IMG/VR virus record: IMGVR_UViG_3300013126_000011
Source of the DNA: a virus
DNA: 64,000 bases
Direction: 5' to 3' (one strand)
Made by a program: the position numbers and the translations under genes. The notes under the pieces are model-generated. The model was given only the letters and a program-made list of their open reading frames with translations. It ran no database searches and had not been told where the DNA came from. How positions within the stretch are numbered: the stretch's first letter is position 1; every line of letters starts with the position of its first letter. Positions 10,435 to 19,388 of the stretch are shown piece by piece.

Positions 10435-10829
10435 TGAAGTGGAAGTTTTGGAAGAAAGAGTCAATCAAAATTAACAAGCCAATCAAGTCAATGAAGCTTC
10501 GCACACTTGAGCTTTATAATACCCATGATGTATTGATTGGCGGTTTGAGAGAGAACGCCCCGAATACATTCCCAGAGTCTCAAATCGATTTTGAAAACAA
10601 AGAGAAAAAATCTACTATTGAAGATTTTCTTTTGTGGTGGAACAATCCGAACGGTTCTGCTTCTTATGTTTTTCACTATTATGATGGTTCTATGTGTATG
10701 ATTCGTCGTAAACAAATTTACTTTTTTCGTATTGTTGTTCGATTCGAAGATGTCGAAATGACTCGACAAGAGATCGAAGCAGCAATTAAAAAGACAGAAG
10801 AATTGGAAAAGATTCAAAATGTTCGATAA
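10434..10829 (+). CDS. Hypothetical protein
   Basis: Translationally coupled ORF. Confidence 0.45.
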   Translation: MKWKFWKKESIKINKPIKSMKLRTLELYNTHDVLIGGLRENAPNTFPESQIDFENKEKKSTIEDFLLWWNNPNGSASYVFHYYDGSMCMIRRKQIYFFRIVVRFEDVEMTRQEIEAAIKKTEELEKIQNVR

Positions 10830-11730
10830 ATTTGACAACTTTGTTGGTTATGGTGATGCAGGCTGTCGGATTGTGAGAGCAATCAGAGCAACTTGCGCAG
10901 ATCAAAATCGAAAGTATTTTTATATTGGCACAGAAGAAAATGTTGACAAAGAAGGCTTACTTGTCGTGCCTGTCAATCTTGATCCCGTTCAGCAAGAGAA
11001 GCATACCCCTGTTGTGCGTTTAAATGCCCTTTTTAGAGCGATCAAGGGCAATACCCTAGTCGTACTGGCAGGAACAGGCAAAATCGTTCCTAGCAGCCTT
11101 AGAACGCTTGAAATCCTATCAAAGAAAATTAGCTCGGAAAACCTCAATATCCTTTATGTTCGTCCAGAAGAAATGAACAATGCCAATGAATCCAGAAAGA
11201 ACATGGATCGATTGACATTTGGAGTGCTTCAAGAGTATGTTCGCTCTGGAGAGTGTGCCAGAATCTTCGTTACAAGCAATTCAATGATGGAATTGGCTCT
11301 TGATGGTCTGAGCTTGACGAATTATCATGAGAAAATCAATGCTCTTCTAGCTTTTAGCATTTTGTCTGTCGAATCACTCTTGACCTTCAAGCCGGTCTAT
11401 GGTACAATTGGAAAGCTGCCAGAAAAGAACAGAATCTTTTGTCTAGGTGTCTTTGATGTAAATGATGGCGAAGAAAAGTGGTATTATGATCCGATGTTTA
11501 AGTTGGAATATGCTTCAAGCAATTCTGCTTATTTGTTTGCATTGAATCGAAAGAGTCTAGACGATCCGCAGACCCTTTCCAGAGTGCGAGAAATCGTCAA
11601 CAATAAGAGTGACTTGCGAAATAAGGTGTCGTATGCTGTCTACGATGCAGAGTTTTTGCAAAACGATTACGGTTTCTGTTTGAGTGTCTTCGATGAACCA
11701 CTTTTATATGAGGCATCGCTGAACAAGTGA
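10819..11730 (+). CDS. Divergent tubulin/FtsZ-like (PhuZ-like) protein
   Basis: N-terminal FVGYGDAGCRIV; LAGTGK resembles a degenerate GGGTGSG loop; YVRP...E and HEKIN segments. Confidence 0.55.
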   Translation: MFDKFDNFVGYGDAGCRIVRAIRATCADQNRKYFYIGTEENVDKEGLLVVPVNLDPVQQEKHTPVVRLNALFRAIKGNTLVVLAGTGKIVPSSLRTLEILSKKISSENLNILYVRPEEMNNANESRKNMDRLTFGVLQEYVRSGECARIFVTSNSMMELALDGLSLTNYHEKINALLAFSILSVESLLTFKPVYGTIGKLPEKNRIFCLGVFDVNDGEEKWYYDPMFKLEYASSNSAYLFALNRKSLDDPQTLSRVREIVNNKSDLRNKVSYAVYDAEFLQNDYGFCLSVFDEPLLYEASLNK

Positions 11731-11777
11731 TGTAGACTCGTGTAGACTGTATTCATAACGGTTGAGAAGGAAAAAGT

Positions 11778-12002
11778 ATGATGAATTTTTCTGAAGCGCT
11801 AAATTGTTTGAAGGGTGATTTACGGGTTGCTCGTCGTGGCTGGAACGGGAAGAATATGTGGATTATGTTGCAGAAGCCAGATGCAAATTCAAAGATGACT
11901 CTTCCATATGTGTATATGCGCACAGCAACAGAAGATTTTGTTCCTTGGTTGTGCTCTCAGACTGATTTGCTTAGTGATGATTGGGATACGGTGCCGCTAT
12001 AA
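11778..12002 (+). CDS. DUF2829 family protein (Tad2-like signalling-nucleotide sponge)
   Basis: MNFSEAL..LK.G..VARRGWNGKNMWI...VPWLCSQTDLLSDDW family signature. Confidence 0.75.
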   Translation: MMNFSEALNCLKGDLRVARRGWNGKNMWIMLQKPDANSKMTLPYVYMRTATEDFVPWLCSQTDLLSDDWDTVPL

Positions 12003-12372
12003 TGTCTCGAAAAGCTTACGTACCGGTCATTTACGATCATAACGAAGCTCGTAGTGAGCTTTTGCGAAAAGAACTTGTAATTCTCAGGCTTTTGAAGCAG
12101 AGAGCACTTTATCGAGAGCTATTTGCAAAGGTAAGAGGTTCAGTTGGTGATGTTACGGCAGCAATGCAAGATCTAGAATTTTATGTTCAAGTGGGCTGCA
12201 AAGATGATTAATGAAGAGTTGGTTGAGCATATCGATCACGCGATTGCCTACATTCGAGCTATTGCGACCATTGCTCGAAGTGAGCCGCATCCAAAAAATT
12301 ATGTGGAAACTTCCTGGGATATTGTTCGCAATACTGCTGATGCAGCGCAAGCTGTTTTAGAGGATTTGAAAA

Positions 12373-12630
12373 ATGAGCTATAAACAACCGACCTATAAAG
12401 CAACATATCGTAAGAATGACGGCACTTTACGTACCATGATTTTTGTAAAGTTGTCGGATATGCCACAAAAGATGATGGATTCCCTGATCAAGGGAACAGG
12501 AAAGCAGCGAGTCCTTAACGAAGGGCAAGAATTGGTATATGATGTTGAAAAACGTGGCTTGAGGCTATTTAACTATAGCACCACGATTGGAGAAGTCGAA
12601 AGACTAGATGCTCCACAATCGGCTGATTAA
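12373..12630 (+). CDS. Small WYL/SH3-like protein
   Basis: ATYRKNDGTLRTM...VYDVEKRGLRLFN pattern. Confidence 0.5.
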   Translation: MSYKQPTYKATYRKNDGTLRTMIFVKLSDMPQKMMDSLIKGTGKQRVLNEGQELVYDVEKRGLRLFNYSTTIGEVERLDAPQSAD

Positions 12631-12721
12631 CTCTCATTGGGAGAGTTTAGTCTACAAGCTTGATTCTCGACAATTAAGTCGACAAGCTAAACACATGGTA
12701 GCGAGAGATTTGTCGGCTACC
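12629..12721 (+). promoter_or_regulatory. Structured leader (three hairpins) upstream of SSB gene
   Basis: AACTCTC/GAGAGTT; AGCTTG..TCGAC/GTCGA.CAAGCT; GGTAGC/GCTACC just before RBS AAGGAG. Confidence 0.45.
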
Positions 12722-12739
12722 TAAGAAGGAGACAGTAAA

Positions 12740-13531
12740 ATGTCAACAAATGCAACGAACATGGACCTAATCCGCAAGAAGCTCGAAGAACTACGTAATC
12801 CCAACAAGGGTGGTGGAAAGAAGAATATTTTCTGGAAGCCCGAAACCGGTGAATCGGTTGTGCGAATTCTGCCAACTCCTGATGGCGATCCTTTCAAGCA
12901 GCTTCACTTTCACTACAATGTAGGCAAGGAAAACGGATTCCTTTGCCCAAAGCGCAATTTCGGTGATGATTGTCCCGTGTGTGGCTTTGCAACCAAGCTC
13001 TATAAGTCCGGTGATGCCGAGAACATGAAGAGTGCCAAGGAAATGTTCGTTCGTGAGCGTTTCTTTAGTTTCGTTGTGGTTCGTGGCAAGGAAGAGGAAG
13101 GCGTCAAGCTTTGGGGTTATGGAAAGCGAGTTTACGAGAAGCTTCTTAACTTCATGCTAGATCCTGATTATGGCGATTTTACTGATATCGATCAGGGCTA
13201 TGACGTTAAGGTGACGATGACAAAGGTTGCTGGCAAGTCTTTCCCTGACACCGATGTCGTGCTTAAGCCAAAGCCTTCGGTTATGTGTGAAGATCCTGCT
13301 ACAGTACTTGGTACGATGCCTGATTTCAATTCTCTGTTTGAGCGCAAGACCACTGATGATGTTCAGAACATTCTTGACGCTGCTCTGCTTGATCCTGCGA
13401 ATGCTGAAGAGCATTCAACCGAGACTGAGCATTATGCTGGAAATGGTGACGTTGCTGCCCCTGCCACTGGAGAGGATATCAATGCCGCCTTTGCCGAGCT
13501 AAAGGGCAAGTCTTCGAAGAAGAGCAAGTGA
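12740..13531 (+). CDS. Single-stranded DNA-binding protein (T4 gp32-like)
   Basis: VVRILP, H...C..NFGDDCPVC Zn site, YGDFTDIDQGYD, acidic C-terminal region. Confidence 0.85.
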   Translation: MSTNATNMDLIRKKLEELRNPNKGGGKKNIFWKPETGESVVRILPTPDGDPFKQLHFHYNVGKENGFLCPKRNFGDDCPVCGFATKLYKSGDAENMKSAKEMFVRERFFSFVVVRGKEEEGVKLWGYGKRVYEKLLNFMLDPDYGDFTDIDQGYDVKVTMTKVAGKSFPDTDVVLKPKPSVMCEDPATVLGTMPDFNSLFERKTTDDVQNILDAALLDPANAEEHSTETEHYAGNGDVAAPATGEDINAAFAELKGKSSKKSK

Positions 13532-13543
13532 TAAGCAATAAGT

Positions 13544-13610
13544 GAATTGGCAGGCAGCAAGTCTTAACCAGTACGGAATAGATACTTACGTAAGTCCTGC
13601 CATTCTTTTT
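13544..13610 (+). terminator. Terminator or small structured RNA after SSB
   Basis: GAATTGGCAGG...CCTGCCATTC followed by TTTTT. Confidence 0.45.
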
Positions 13611-13624
13611 ATTCGAGAAATCAA

Positions 13625-13951
13625 ATGAAGTGTCAATGCTTTTCTAAACTAACAGAAATCATCAAGTCTGCTTTTCGAACAACAAGACCATCTACGGTAA
13701 TCAATCCAAGCAATTTTGAGAAGTTTATGATTCCAAAAAAACAAACTCTACAATGCAGAGTTGATGGAATCAAGAAGCTTGTTATTGCCTTAGATATTCC
13801 GAGATTGTTTTGGAACGATCAACTTGTTGAAATGCTATACGAGAACAATACAAAATGGTATGTTTTAACTCATATTCGAGCAATCGATGAAGATTTTCTT
13901 GAACTAACCCTAATGAAGACTGGAGAAGTTAATCCAAATGTGCGATATTGA
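13625..13951 (+). CDS. Hypothetical protein
   Basis: ORF in operon. Confidence 0.4.
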   Translation: MKCQCFSKLTEIIKSAFRTTRPSTVINPSNFEKFMIPKKQTLQCRVDGIKKLVIALDIPRLFWNDQLVEMLYENNTKWYVLTHIRAIDEDFLELTLMKTGEVNPNVRY

Positions 13952-14192
13952 TCATGGGCAAGAATTGCCAATGCTTTATTCTTCAGATGAAGAGAAAGGC
14001 AAGTTTACAGCAGAGCTTTTACAGCTTTGTCGGCGTCATCGATTAGAACAGGCGTTTGATTTATATCAATTGGCGGATTATATTCGTGATTGTCTGACTG
14101 AAGTAGCTGTCAACACTGAAACGCTAACTGCAATGGCCACAAAACCTCACGCTTGTCATAATCGTGGGCTTTGTCAAGGTTGTGGATTATGA
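13938..14192 (+). CDS. Hypothetical protein
   Basis: ORF with RBS GGAG. Confidence 0.4.
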   Translation: MCDIDHGQELPMLYSSDEEKGKFTAELLQLCRRHRLEQAFDLYQLADYIRDCLTEVAVNTETLTAMATKPHACHNRGLCQGCGL

Positions 14193-14352
14193 CAGAAAGA
14201 TCAAGTGAGTTCTTTAGGGGAAGAACTTAAACAGCTATTAATCAAATACAAATATGACGTTGGTACTATGTTTCCAGCAGATGCGTTAGTAACGTATATT
14301 TGGCAAAATTTAATTTCACCAGAATTTTTGCAGACCGAAAAAGAAAGAAGGG

Positions 14353-14796
14353 ATGGTGATTGTGACTGAACGTGACGTTATTAATCGACAACTAGAGCAG
14401 AAGAATCAAGAACTACGAGTATATTGCTTTGATGTTGCCCTAAAGTTTCCTCATCAGGGCAATCTAATGACTGTTCTTGAGAATGCCAAGAAGGTAGAGA
14501 CATATATTCTCAACGGCTCTTATGGTGAATATGTTGCCCCAATTGGTGAAGAGGGCAAGCCTCCTATCAAGCTTGACAAGGAAACTCTTCGTGATGTACT
14601 AACTCAGACAGCAACAGGAGAATACGGAGATCCAATCGTCAATAAGCTTCTTGCTCCTGTTGGTAAGGCAGACATTAGCCCACAGGAAGTCGTTGAAAAG
14701 TATACCAAGATGATTGACAAGGATAGAGCAGAAATGCGGTATGAGCAATCTGTTATTGCAGAAGAGTTTGTTAATAAGATTCTTTTGAAGGAGTAG
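14353..14796 (+). CDS. Hypothetical protein
   Basis: ORF directly upstream of recA. Confidence 0.45.
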   Translation: MVIVTERDVINRQLEQKNQELRVYCFDVALKFPHQGNLMTVLENAKKVETYILNGSYGEYVAPIGEEGKPPIKLDKETLRDVLTQTATGEYGDPIVNKLLAPVGKADISPQEVVEKYTKMIDKDRAEMRYEQSVIAEEFVNKILLKE

Positions 14797-14798
14797 AT

Positions 14799-15959
14799 AT
14801 GGCAAACGCTAAGAAAGAACCAAAGGAAAAGAAGGCTGGAGCGCTATCAGTCGACGAATTAAGAGGATTAATTAATGCTCGTGCCGGAACTAAACTAGCG
14901 CGTTCTATTGAAAGCCAAAATGGACCAAAAGAATTCATTTCAACCGGTTCAAAAGCACTTGATTATGTTCTTGTCAAAGGACATAAGGGCGGCTGGGAGT
15001 GTGGACATATTCATTCGTTGAGTGGTGCTAGCTCTTCCGGTAAAACTTTTTTGGCTTTACAGACAGTTAAGTGCGCGCAATTACAGAAGATTCAAGTTGT
15101 TTGGTTTGACGGAGAAGCGGCGATTGATTTCTCTTTCCTTGAAGAAATTGGAATCAATTTGGATAATTTCATTTACATTCAACCTCCAGATATGGAGACT
15201 ATACTTGAGACAATTGAAGAGCTAGCCGGTCAAGCGACAAAAGATCAAAAGTTCTTGTTTGTTGTTGATTCTGTAGCTTCAATTCCAGCCAAGGCAGAGC
15301 TAGAATCAGATTATGACCCAAGTTCTACCGTTGCCGTGAAAGCTCGCGTGTTGTCGAAGGGGTTGTCAAAGCTTATTACTCCCTTGGCAACAACCAAATC
15401 AACACTTTTGCTGCTCAATCAACTAAAGGTCGCGATTGGAGTTGATCAGAAGTATTCTCCGCTTTCAGAGAAGTTTGCAGAGCCAGGAGGAAGTGCGATC
15501 AAGTATTTCAGCAATTTGCGTGTTTGGCTTGTGGCGAAGAATGCCAAAAGCTCATTTGTACTTGATGAAAATGGCTTTAGGATTGGTATCGAGACAGAAG
15601 CCGTTATTATCAAGTCGAGATATGGAACGCAAGGTCGTAAGATTTCTGTAAAATTGATTTGGGGCGGTGGATCGGTTTCGTATGGTGAGCACGAGACTTG
15701 GCAGGAAGCCATTTTAACTTCTGATTCGGTTGCTCAATCTGGAAAGGGCAAGTGGACGCTGACGTTTGAGGATGGAACCTCGGAAGAGTTTACTAGTGCT
15801 AATTTCCACAAGAAACTTGAAGATAAGAAGTTTGAAGAACGAGTATTAAAGCTTCTAGAAGAAGAGCTTATTGACAAGTTTGCTCATAAGAGCGGAAAGG
15901 CTGCCGATTTTTATGTCTCTGACGAAGAAGACTATACCCCACCAGCAGATCTAGACTAG
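14799..15959 (+). CDS. recA: RecA/UvsX recombinase
   Basis: ISTGSKALD, Walker A GASSSGKT, FDGEAAID, VVDSVA, LNQL, PGGSAIKY. Confidence 0.9.
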   Translation: MANAKKEPKEKKAGALSVDELRGLINARAGTKLARSIESQNGPKEFISTGSKALDYVLVKGHKGGWECGHIHSLSGASSSGKTFLALQTVKCAQLQKIQVVWFDGEAAIDFSFLEEIGINLDNFIYIQPPDMETILETIEELAGQATKDQKFLFVVDSVASIPAKAELESDYDPSSTVAVKARVLSKGLSKLITPLATTKSTLLLLNQLKVAIGVDQKYSPLSEKFAEPGGSAIKYFSNLRVWLVAKNAKSSFVLDENGFRIGIETEAVIIKSRYGTQGRKISVKLIWGGGSVSYGEHETWQEAILTSDSVAQSGKGKWTLTFEDGTSEEFTSANFHKKLEDKKFEERVLKLLEEELIDKFAHKSGKAADFYVSDEEDYTPPADLD

Positions 15960-15971
15960 AATTTATTTCTC

Positions 15972-16000
15972 TTGACCAGCGTACTTTGCTGGTGTATACT
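15972..16000 (+). promoter_or_regulatory. Sigma70-type early promoter
   Basis: TTGACC-N17-TATACT directly upstream of the tRNA-like element. Confidence 0.65.
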
Positions 16001-16011
16001 GTGTTTACTTT

Positions 16012-16087
16012 GAAGCCAGTAGTTTAAGTTAAAACTGCACGTTTATGTTTGTGCTGTTTCAGGTATCGAATCCTGACTGGCTTTCCA
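16012..16087 (+). tRNA. Atypical tRNA or tRNA-like RNA (identity uncertain, possibly His-like)
   Basis: Acceptor AAGCCAG/CTGGCTT + T + CCA, D stem GTTT/AAAC, anticodon stem GCACG/TGTGC with 8-nt loop, T stem TCAGG/CCTGA with 8-nt loop TATCGAAT. Confidence 0.55.
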
Positions 16088-16129
16088 GACTATTTACTTC
16101 AGCAAACAAAAGCAACTGGAGAATCCTAT

Positions 16130-17680
16130 TTGTCTTCCAAAATCCTCAAAGAATATCGAAATACTTGGCATAATCATTTGTTGACCGAGATGGATCAAGG
16201 GTCAATTAATACGATCCTCGAATTCATGAGTGACGCCGTTCCAGCAGATTATCCTTTCAATGATATGTTCGGTGGTATGTGGAGAATTGCTATACCATTA
16301 GAAACAAAAAACGTATTGGCAACTTTAAGTGAAAACGATCAACGAATATTAAAGTATTTTGCTTTGTTTGCCAATTCAATCGATCGTTGGACAAGTGATT
16401 TCAAGAATGGAATTGCCACAAAAATCGTCAAAGAAACCAACAGGTTAACCGGCGAAACGATTGATCGAGAAGTACAGATTCGATTGGGCAAACTATTTCC
16501 AAAAGTCATTGCTCAATACGAAAAATTGAATAAAAAGTTAGGGATCGAGTTAGAAGCGTACAAGCAAAATAAAGAAATTAGAGCATATGACGCTGCAAAT
16601 AGTTCTATATTAACTAATCGTGGTAGAATCGAATGGTGCAAAAAAGCTCAAGAACTTTGGAATAAAAAGTCAGAACTAATCCAAACTGGCAAGTTGATGA
16701 TAATTATCTCTCAGCATCCAATCGATGTTCTTCGAATGAGCGATTTCCATAGTCTTGAATCTTGTCATACTCAAGGAGCAAACTTTTTCATGTGTGCTAT
16801 CGTAGAAGCGCAAGCACATGGACCGATTGCTTATGTCGTGAGATTGTCAGATTACGAGAAATATAAGGATCGATTGCAAGAGCAAGAAGTATTTGCAGAC
16901 AATCTTTCTATGGCTCCAGATCCAGTACAAGATGATGACGATACTATCGAAATGCGTAATGTTGAAGGAATGGTTCCAATTTGTCGTATACGATTCAGAG
17001 AAATCGAGATTAAAGGAATCGGCAGTTTTCCAATACCAGAACGAACGCAGTATGGAACGGATATTGCTGGTTTTAGAGACATTTTGATGAGTTGGGCAAA
17101 AACAAGTCCAATTTATCGAGATGCAACATATCGAAAGAATATAACCAAAGACGATCTTCAGCTTCATGGAGGCAGCTATAAGGATTCAGAGCCATATGAG
17201 TTAGTTTCAGACTATATTGTTCGAGAGGTTAGAGGTGTGTATTCAGTTAATACAGTAGAAGAAGTTGTTAGAGATTATGTTCGAGAAAATGAAGAAGTTG
17301 TTGAACAAGACTATGATCTTGAAATGTTTCAAGATCATTGGGAGCTTTCAATGACTCTTCAACCTCTGGATATTCCTTGCGATACATCAATTTATACTTC
17401 CAGAGATGCTAAAGATGATGCAACACAAGCTCTTATAAAGTACGCTAAGAATGCCAATCGTCATGTACACGATTATGACCCGTTGTTGGTTGACGAAGTA
17501 AAGCTTTCTACTTCTGCGATTAGTGATTATGGCAATATTATCTGTTATTTCCAAAAAGTGATCTACAAATCAACTGATGATGGTGAAGATTTGCACAACT
17601 ATTTTCGTTATATCCAAATGCAATTGCAGCATATTCGAAATGCTGCTCGAAAGGAACTCTGTCAAGAACTTGCCTCTTGA
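16130..17680 (+). CDS. Paralog family member 1 (HPxDxLRMSD-SCH core); probable start TTG 16130
   Basis: ISQHPIDVLRMSDFHSLESCHTQGANFFMCAIVEAQAHGPIAY; RBS GGAG; N-terminal LLTEM. Confidence 0.75.
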   Translation: MSSKILKEYRNTWHNHLLTEMDQGSINTILEFMSDAVPADYPFNDMFGGMWRIAIPLETKNVLATLSENDQRILKYFALFANSIDRWTSDFKNGIATKIVKETNRLTGETIDREVQIRLGKLFPKVIAQYEKLNKKLGIELEAYKQNKEIRAYDAANSSILTNRGRIEWCKKAQELWNKKSELIQTGKLMIIISQHPIDVLRMSDFHSLESCHTQGANFFMCAIVEAQAHGPIAYVVRLSDYEKYKDRLQEQEVFADNLSMAPDPVQDDDDTIEMRNVEGMVPICRIRFREIEIKGIGSFPIPERTQYGTDIAGFRDILMSWAKTSPIYRDATYRKNITKDDLQLHGGSYKDSEPYELVSDYIVREVRGVYSVNTVEEVVRDYVRENEEVVEQDYDLEMFQDHWELSMTLQPLDIPCDTSIYTSRDAKDDATQALIKYAKNANRHVHDYDPLLVDEVKLSTSAISDYGNIICYFQKVIYKSTDDGEDLHNYFRYIQMQLQHIRNAARKELCQELAS

Positions 17681-17705
17681 CATTTGACTGAATCCGTCCT
17701 ATACT
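17677..17705 (+). promoter_or_regulatory. Sigma70-type early promoter
   Basis: TTGACA-N17-TATACT. Confidence 0.65.
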
Positions 17706-17735
17706 GTGTCTTGTGAACTTCTAAAGAGGTTTCTT

Positions 17736-18143
17736 TTGCAAATATCGAAGCGAATTCAAACGTATGTTGATTTGGCGATTCGACAGGCTCAACAGGCAGA
17801 TTCAAATCTACCACACCGCCACGGTTGCGTTTTGATCAAAGCTGGTAGAGTTATTAACGTTTCTCACAACAAACTTGGATTTTCTTCTTTTGGTCGACGA
17901 TTTCATTCTGAAGCAGACAAAGTGCCATCTAAAGCGAGCATGCACGCCGAATTGAGGGCTATCTTAAATCTTGATCGCACTCTTACTGAGGGAGCCAGCT
18001 TGCTTGTTGTTAGAATTAATCGTAAAGGTGAACTAAGAATGAGCAAGCCTTGTTCTATGTGTAAATGTTCTACTGCTTTTGTAGGAATCAAAAAGATCTA
18101 TTATAGTACCAATGAAGGTGATATTGAGGTAATGAAGCTGTGA
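17736..18143 (+). CDS. Zn-dependent cytidine/deoxycytidylate deaminase-family protein
   Basis: HAE and SKPCSMC motifs, RHGCVL; start moved to TTG after GAGG. Confidence 0.8.
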   Translation: MQISKRIQTYVDLAIRQAQQADSNLPHRHGCVLIKAGRVINVSHNKLGFSSFGRRFHSEADKVPSKASMHAELRAILNLDRTLTEGASLLVVRINRKGELRMSKPCSMCKCSTAFVGIKKIYYSTNEGDIEVMKL

Positions 18144-18367
18144 ATTTTTCAGTCGGTACCGTAATTAAGTTTTCCGATAAAGCCGCTCAATATATGACAA
18201 AATCAGGTTGGAATTTTTACGTTAAAGAAGAACCGCATTTTGTTGTTCTAAAGATTCATCAAAATGGATTGCATCGAGTGTTAGATATAGAGTCATTGCA
18301 AATTCATACTGTCGCAGGGTGGGGTCCGTTAAATATGATCGAAACATATGATGTAGTGGAGATTTAA
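18140..18367 (+). CDS. Small hypothetical protein (SH3-like)
   Basis: FSVGTVIKF N-terminus; coupled ORF. Confidence 0.4.
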   Translation: MNFSVGTVIKFSDKAAQYMTKSGWNFYVKEEPHFVVLKIHQNGLHRVLDIESLQIHTVAGWGPLNMIETYDVVEI

Positions 18368-19353
18368 TGAGCAATAAGCAACCAAAAAGATTAATTGTTA
18401 TAGATTCTTTGTCAAACTATCTTCGCCATTTTGTCTGTAATCCCTCTCTTTCTGACAACGGTATTCCTGTTGGTGGCATTGTTGGGTTTATCAAAGATCT
18501 CAACAAGTTTTGCAGAGAATTCAAGCCAGATCTGATTATAGTTTGTTGGGATGGTGAAGGTGGTTCTTCAAAACGTAAGTCGATTGTCAAAGAATACAAG
18601 GAAGGACGCAAACCAATTCGTCTTAATCGTTCGAACAGTCAATTAACGGAACAAGAAGACGCAGACAACAGAGTTTATCAGCAAATCAGATTGATCGAAT
18701 ATCTGAATACGATGCCTGTAATTCAGTTTAGATTTCAGAACACAGAAGCAGACGACATTATTTCAGAGTTGGCAACCATGCCAGCATTTAAGACGTGGGA
18801 TACTGTTGTCATAAGTTCGGATCATGATTTTTACCAACTATGTAATGATCACGTTTTGCTCTATAGACCCATTCAGAAGCATTTTGTTAATTTACCCCGA
18901 GTACTAGACGAGTATCATATTCATCCTTCTAATTTTGCCCTTGCAAGAGCTATAGCAGGGGATTCTAGCGATAACCTGAAGGGTGTTGGTGGAGTAGGTC
19001 TGCCAACTGTTGCAAAGCGGTTTCCTGAGTTTGAATCAGAAGAGAGTGTGACCTTTGAAAAGCTTTGGGAGCTTTGTGAAGAACGAAAAGATGCTGCCAA
19101 ATGTTATTCGACAATTCTTGAGAATAAAGATACTGTCAGAACCAATTATAAGATGATGCAGCTTTATTGTTCTTCGATGTCAATTCAAGACAAGCTTCAA
19201 CTGAGACAAACGTTGACAGATTACGTTCCATCTTTCGGTAAGTTGGAGTTTACCAAACTAGGCATTCAAGATGGGCTAGGAACCGTCAGTCTAGACAACA
19301 TGTTTGCAACTTTCAACTCAATGGTGTTTAACGGCAGTCCCATTTCGATGTAA
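18367..19353 (+). CDS. 5'-3' exonuclease / RNase H (T4 Rnh, PolI N-terminal-like)
   Basis: VCWDG, YKEGR, EADDII, SSDHDFYQL, GDSSDNLKGVGGVG. Confidence 0.9.
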   Translation: MSNKQPKRLIVIDSLSNYLRHFVCNPSLSDNGIPVGGIVGFIKDLNKFCREFKPDLIIVCWDGEGGSSKRKSIVKEYKEGRKPIRLNRSNSQLTEQEDADNRVYQQIRLIEYLNTMPVIQFRFQNTEADDIISELATMPAFKTWDTVVISSDHDFYQLCNDHVLLYRPIQKHFVNLPRVLDEYHIHPSNFALARAIAGDSSDNLKGVGGVGLPTVAKRFPEFESEESVTFEKLWELCEERKDAAKCYSTILENKDTVRTNYKMMQLYCSSMSIQDKLQLRQTLTDYVPSFGKLEFTKLGIQDGLGTVSLDNMFATFNSMVFNGSPISM

Positions 19354-19388
19354 CCTGTGTCTCTCAAGACAAGAAGGAAGCAATTTCT

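Noticed and set aside
11731-11750. TGTAGACT direct repeat
   Set aside because: Only two 8-bp copies; the second probably serves as a -10 box (TGAACA-N17-TAGACT)
16049-16129. N-terminal extension of the 543-aa ORF
   Set aside because: Overlaps the tRNA-like element and late motif; RBS and paralog alignment support TTG 16130
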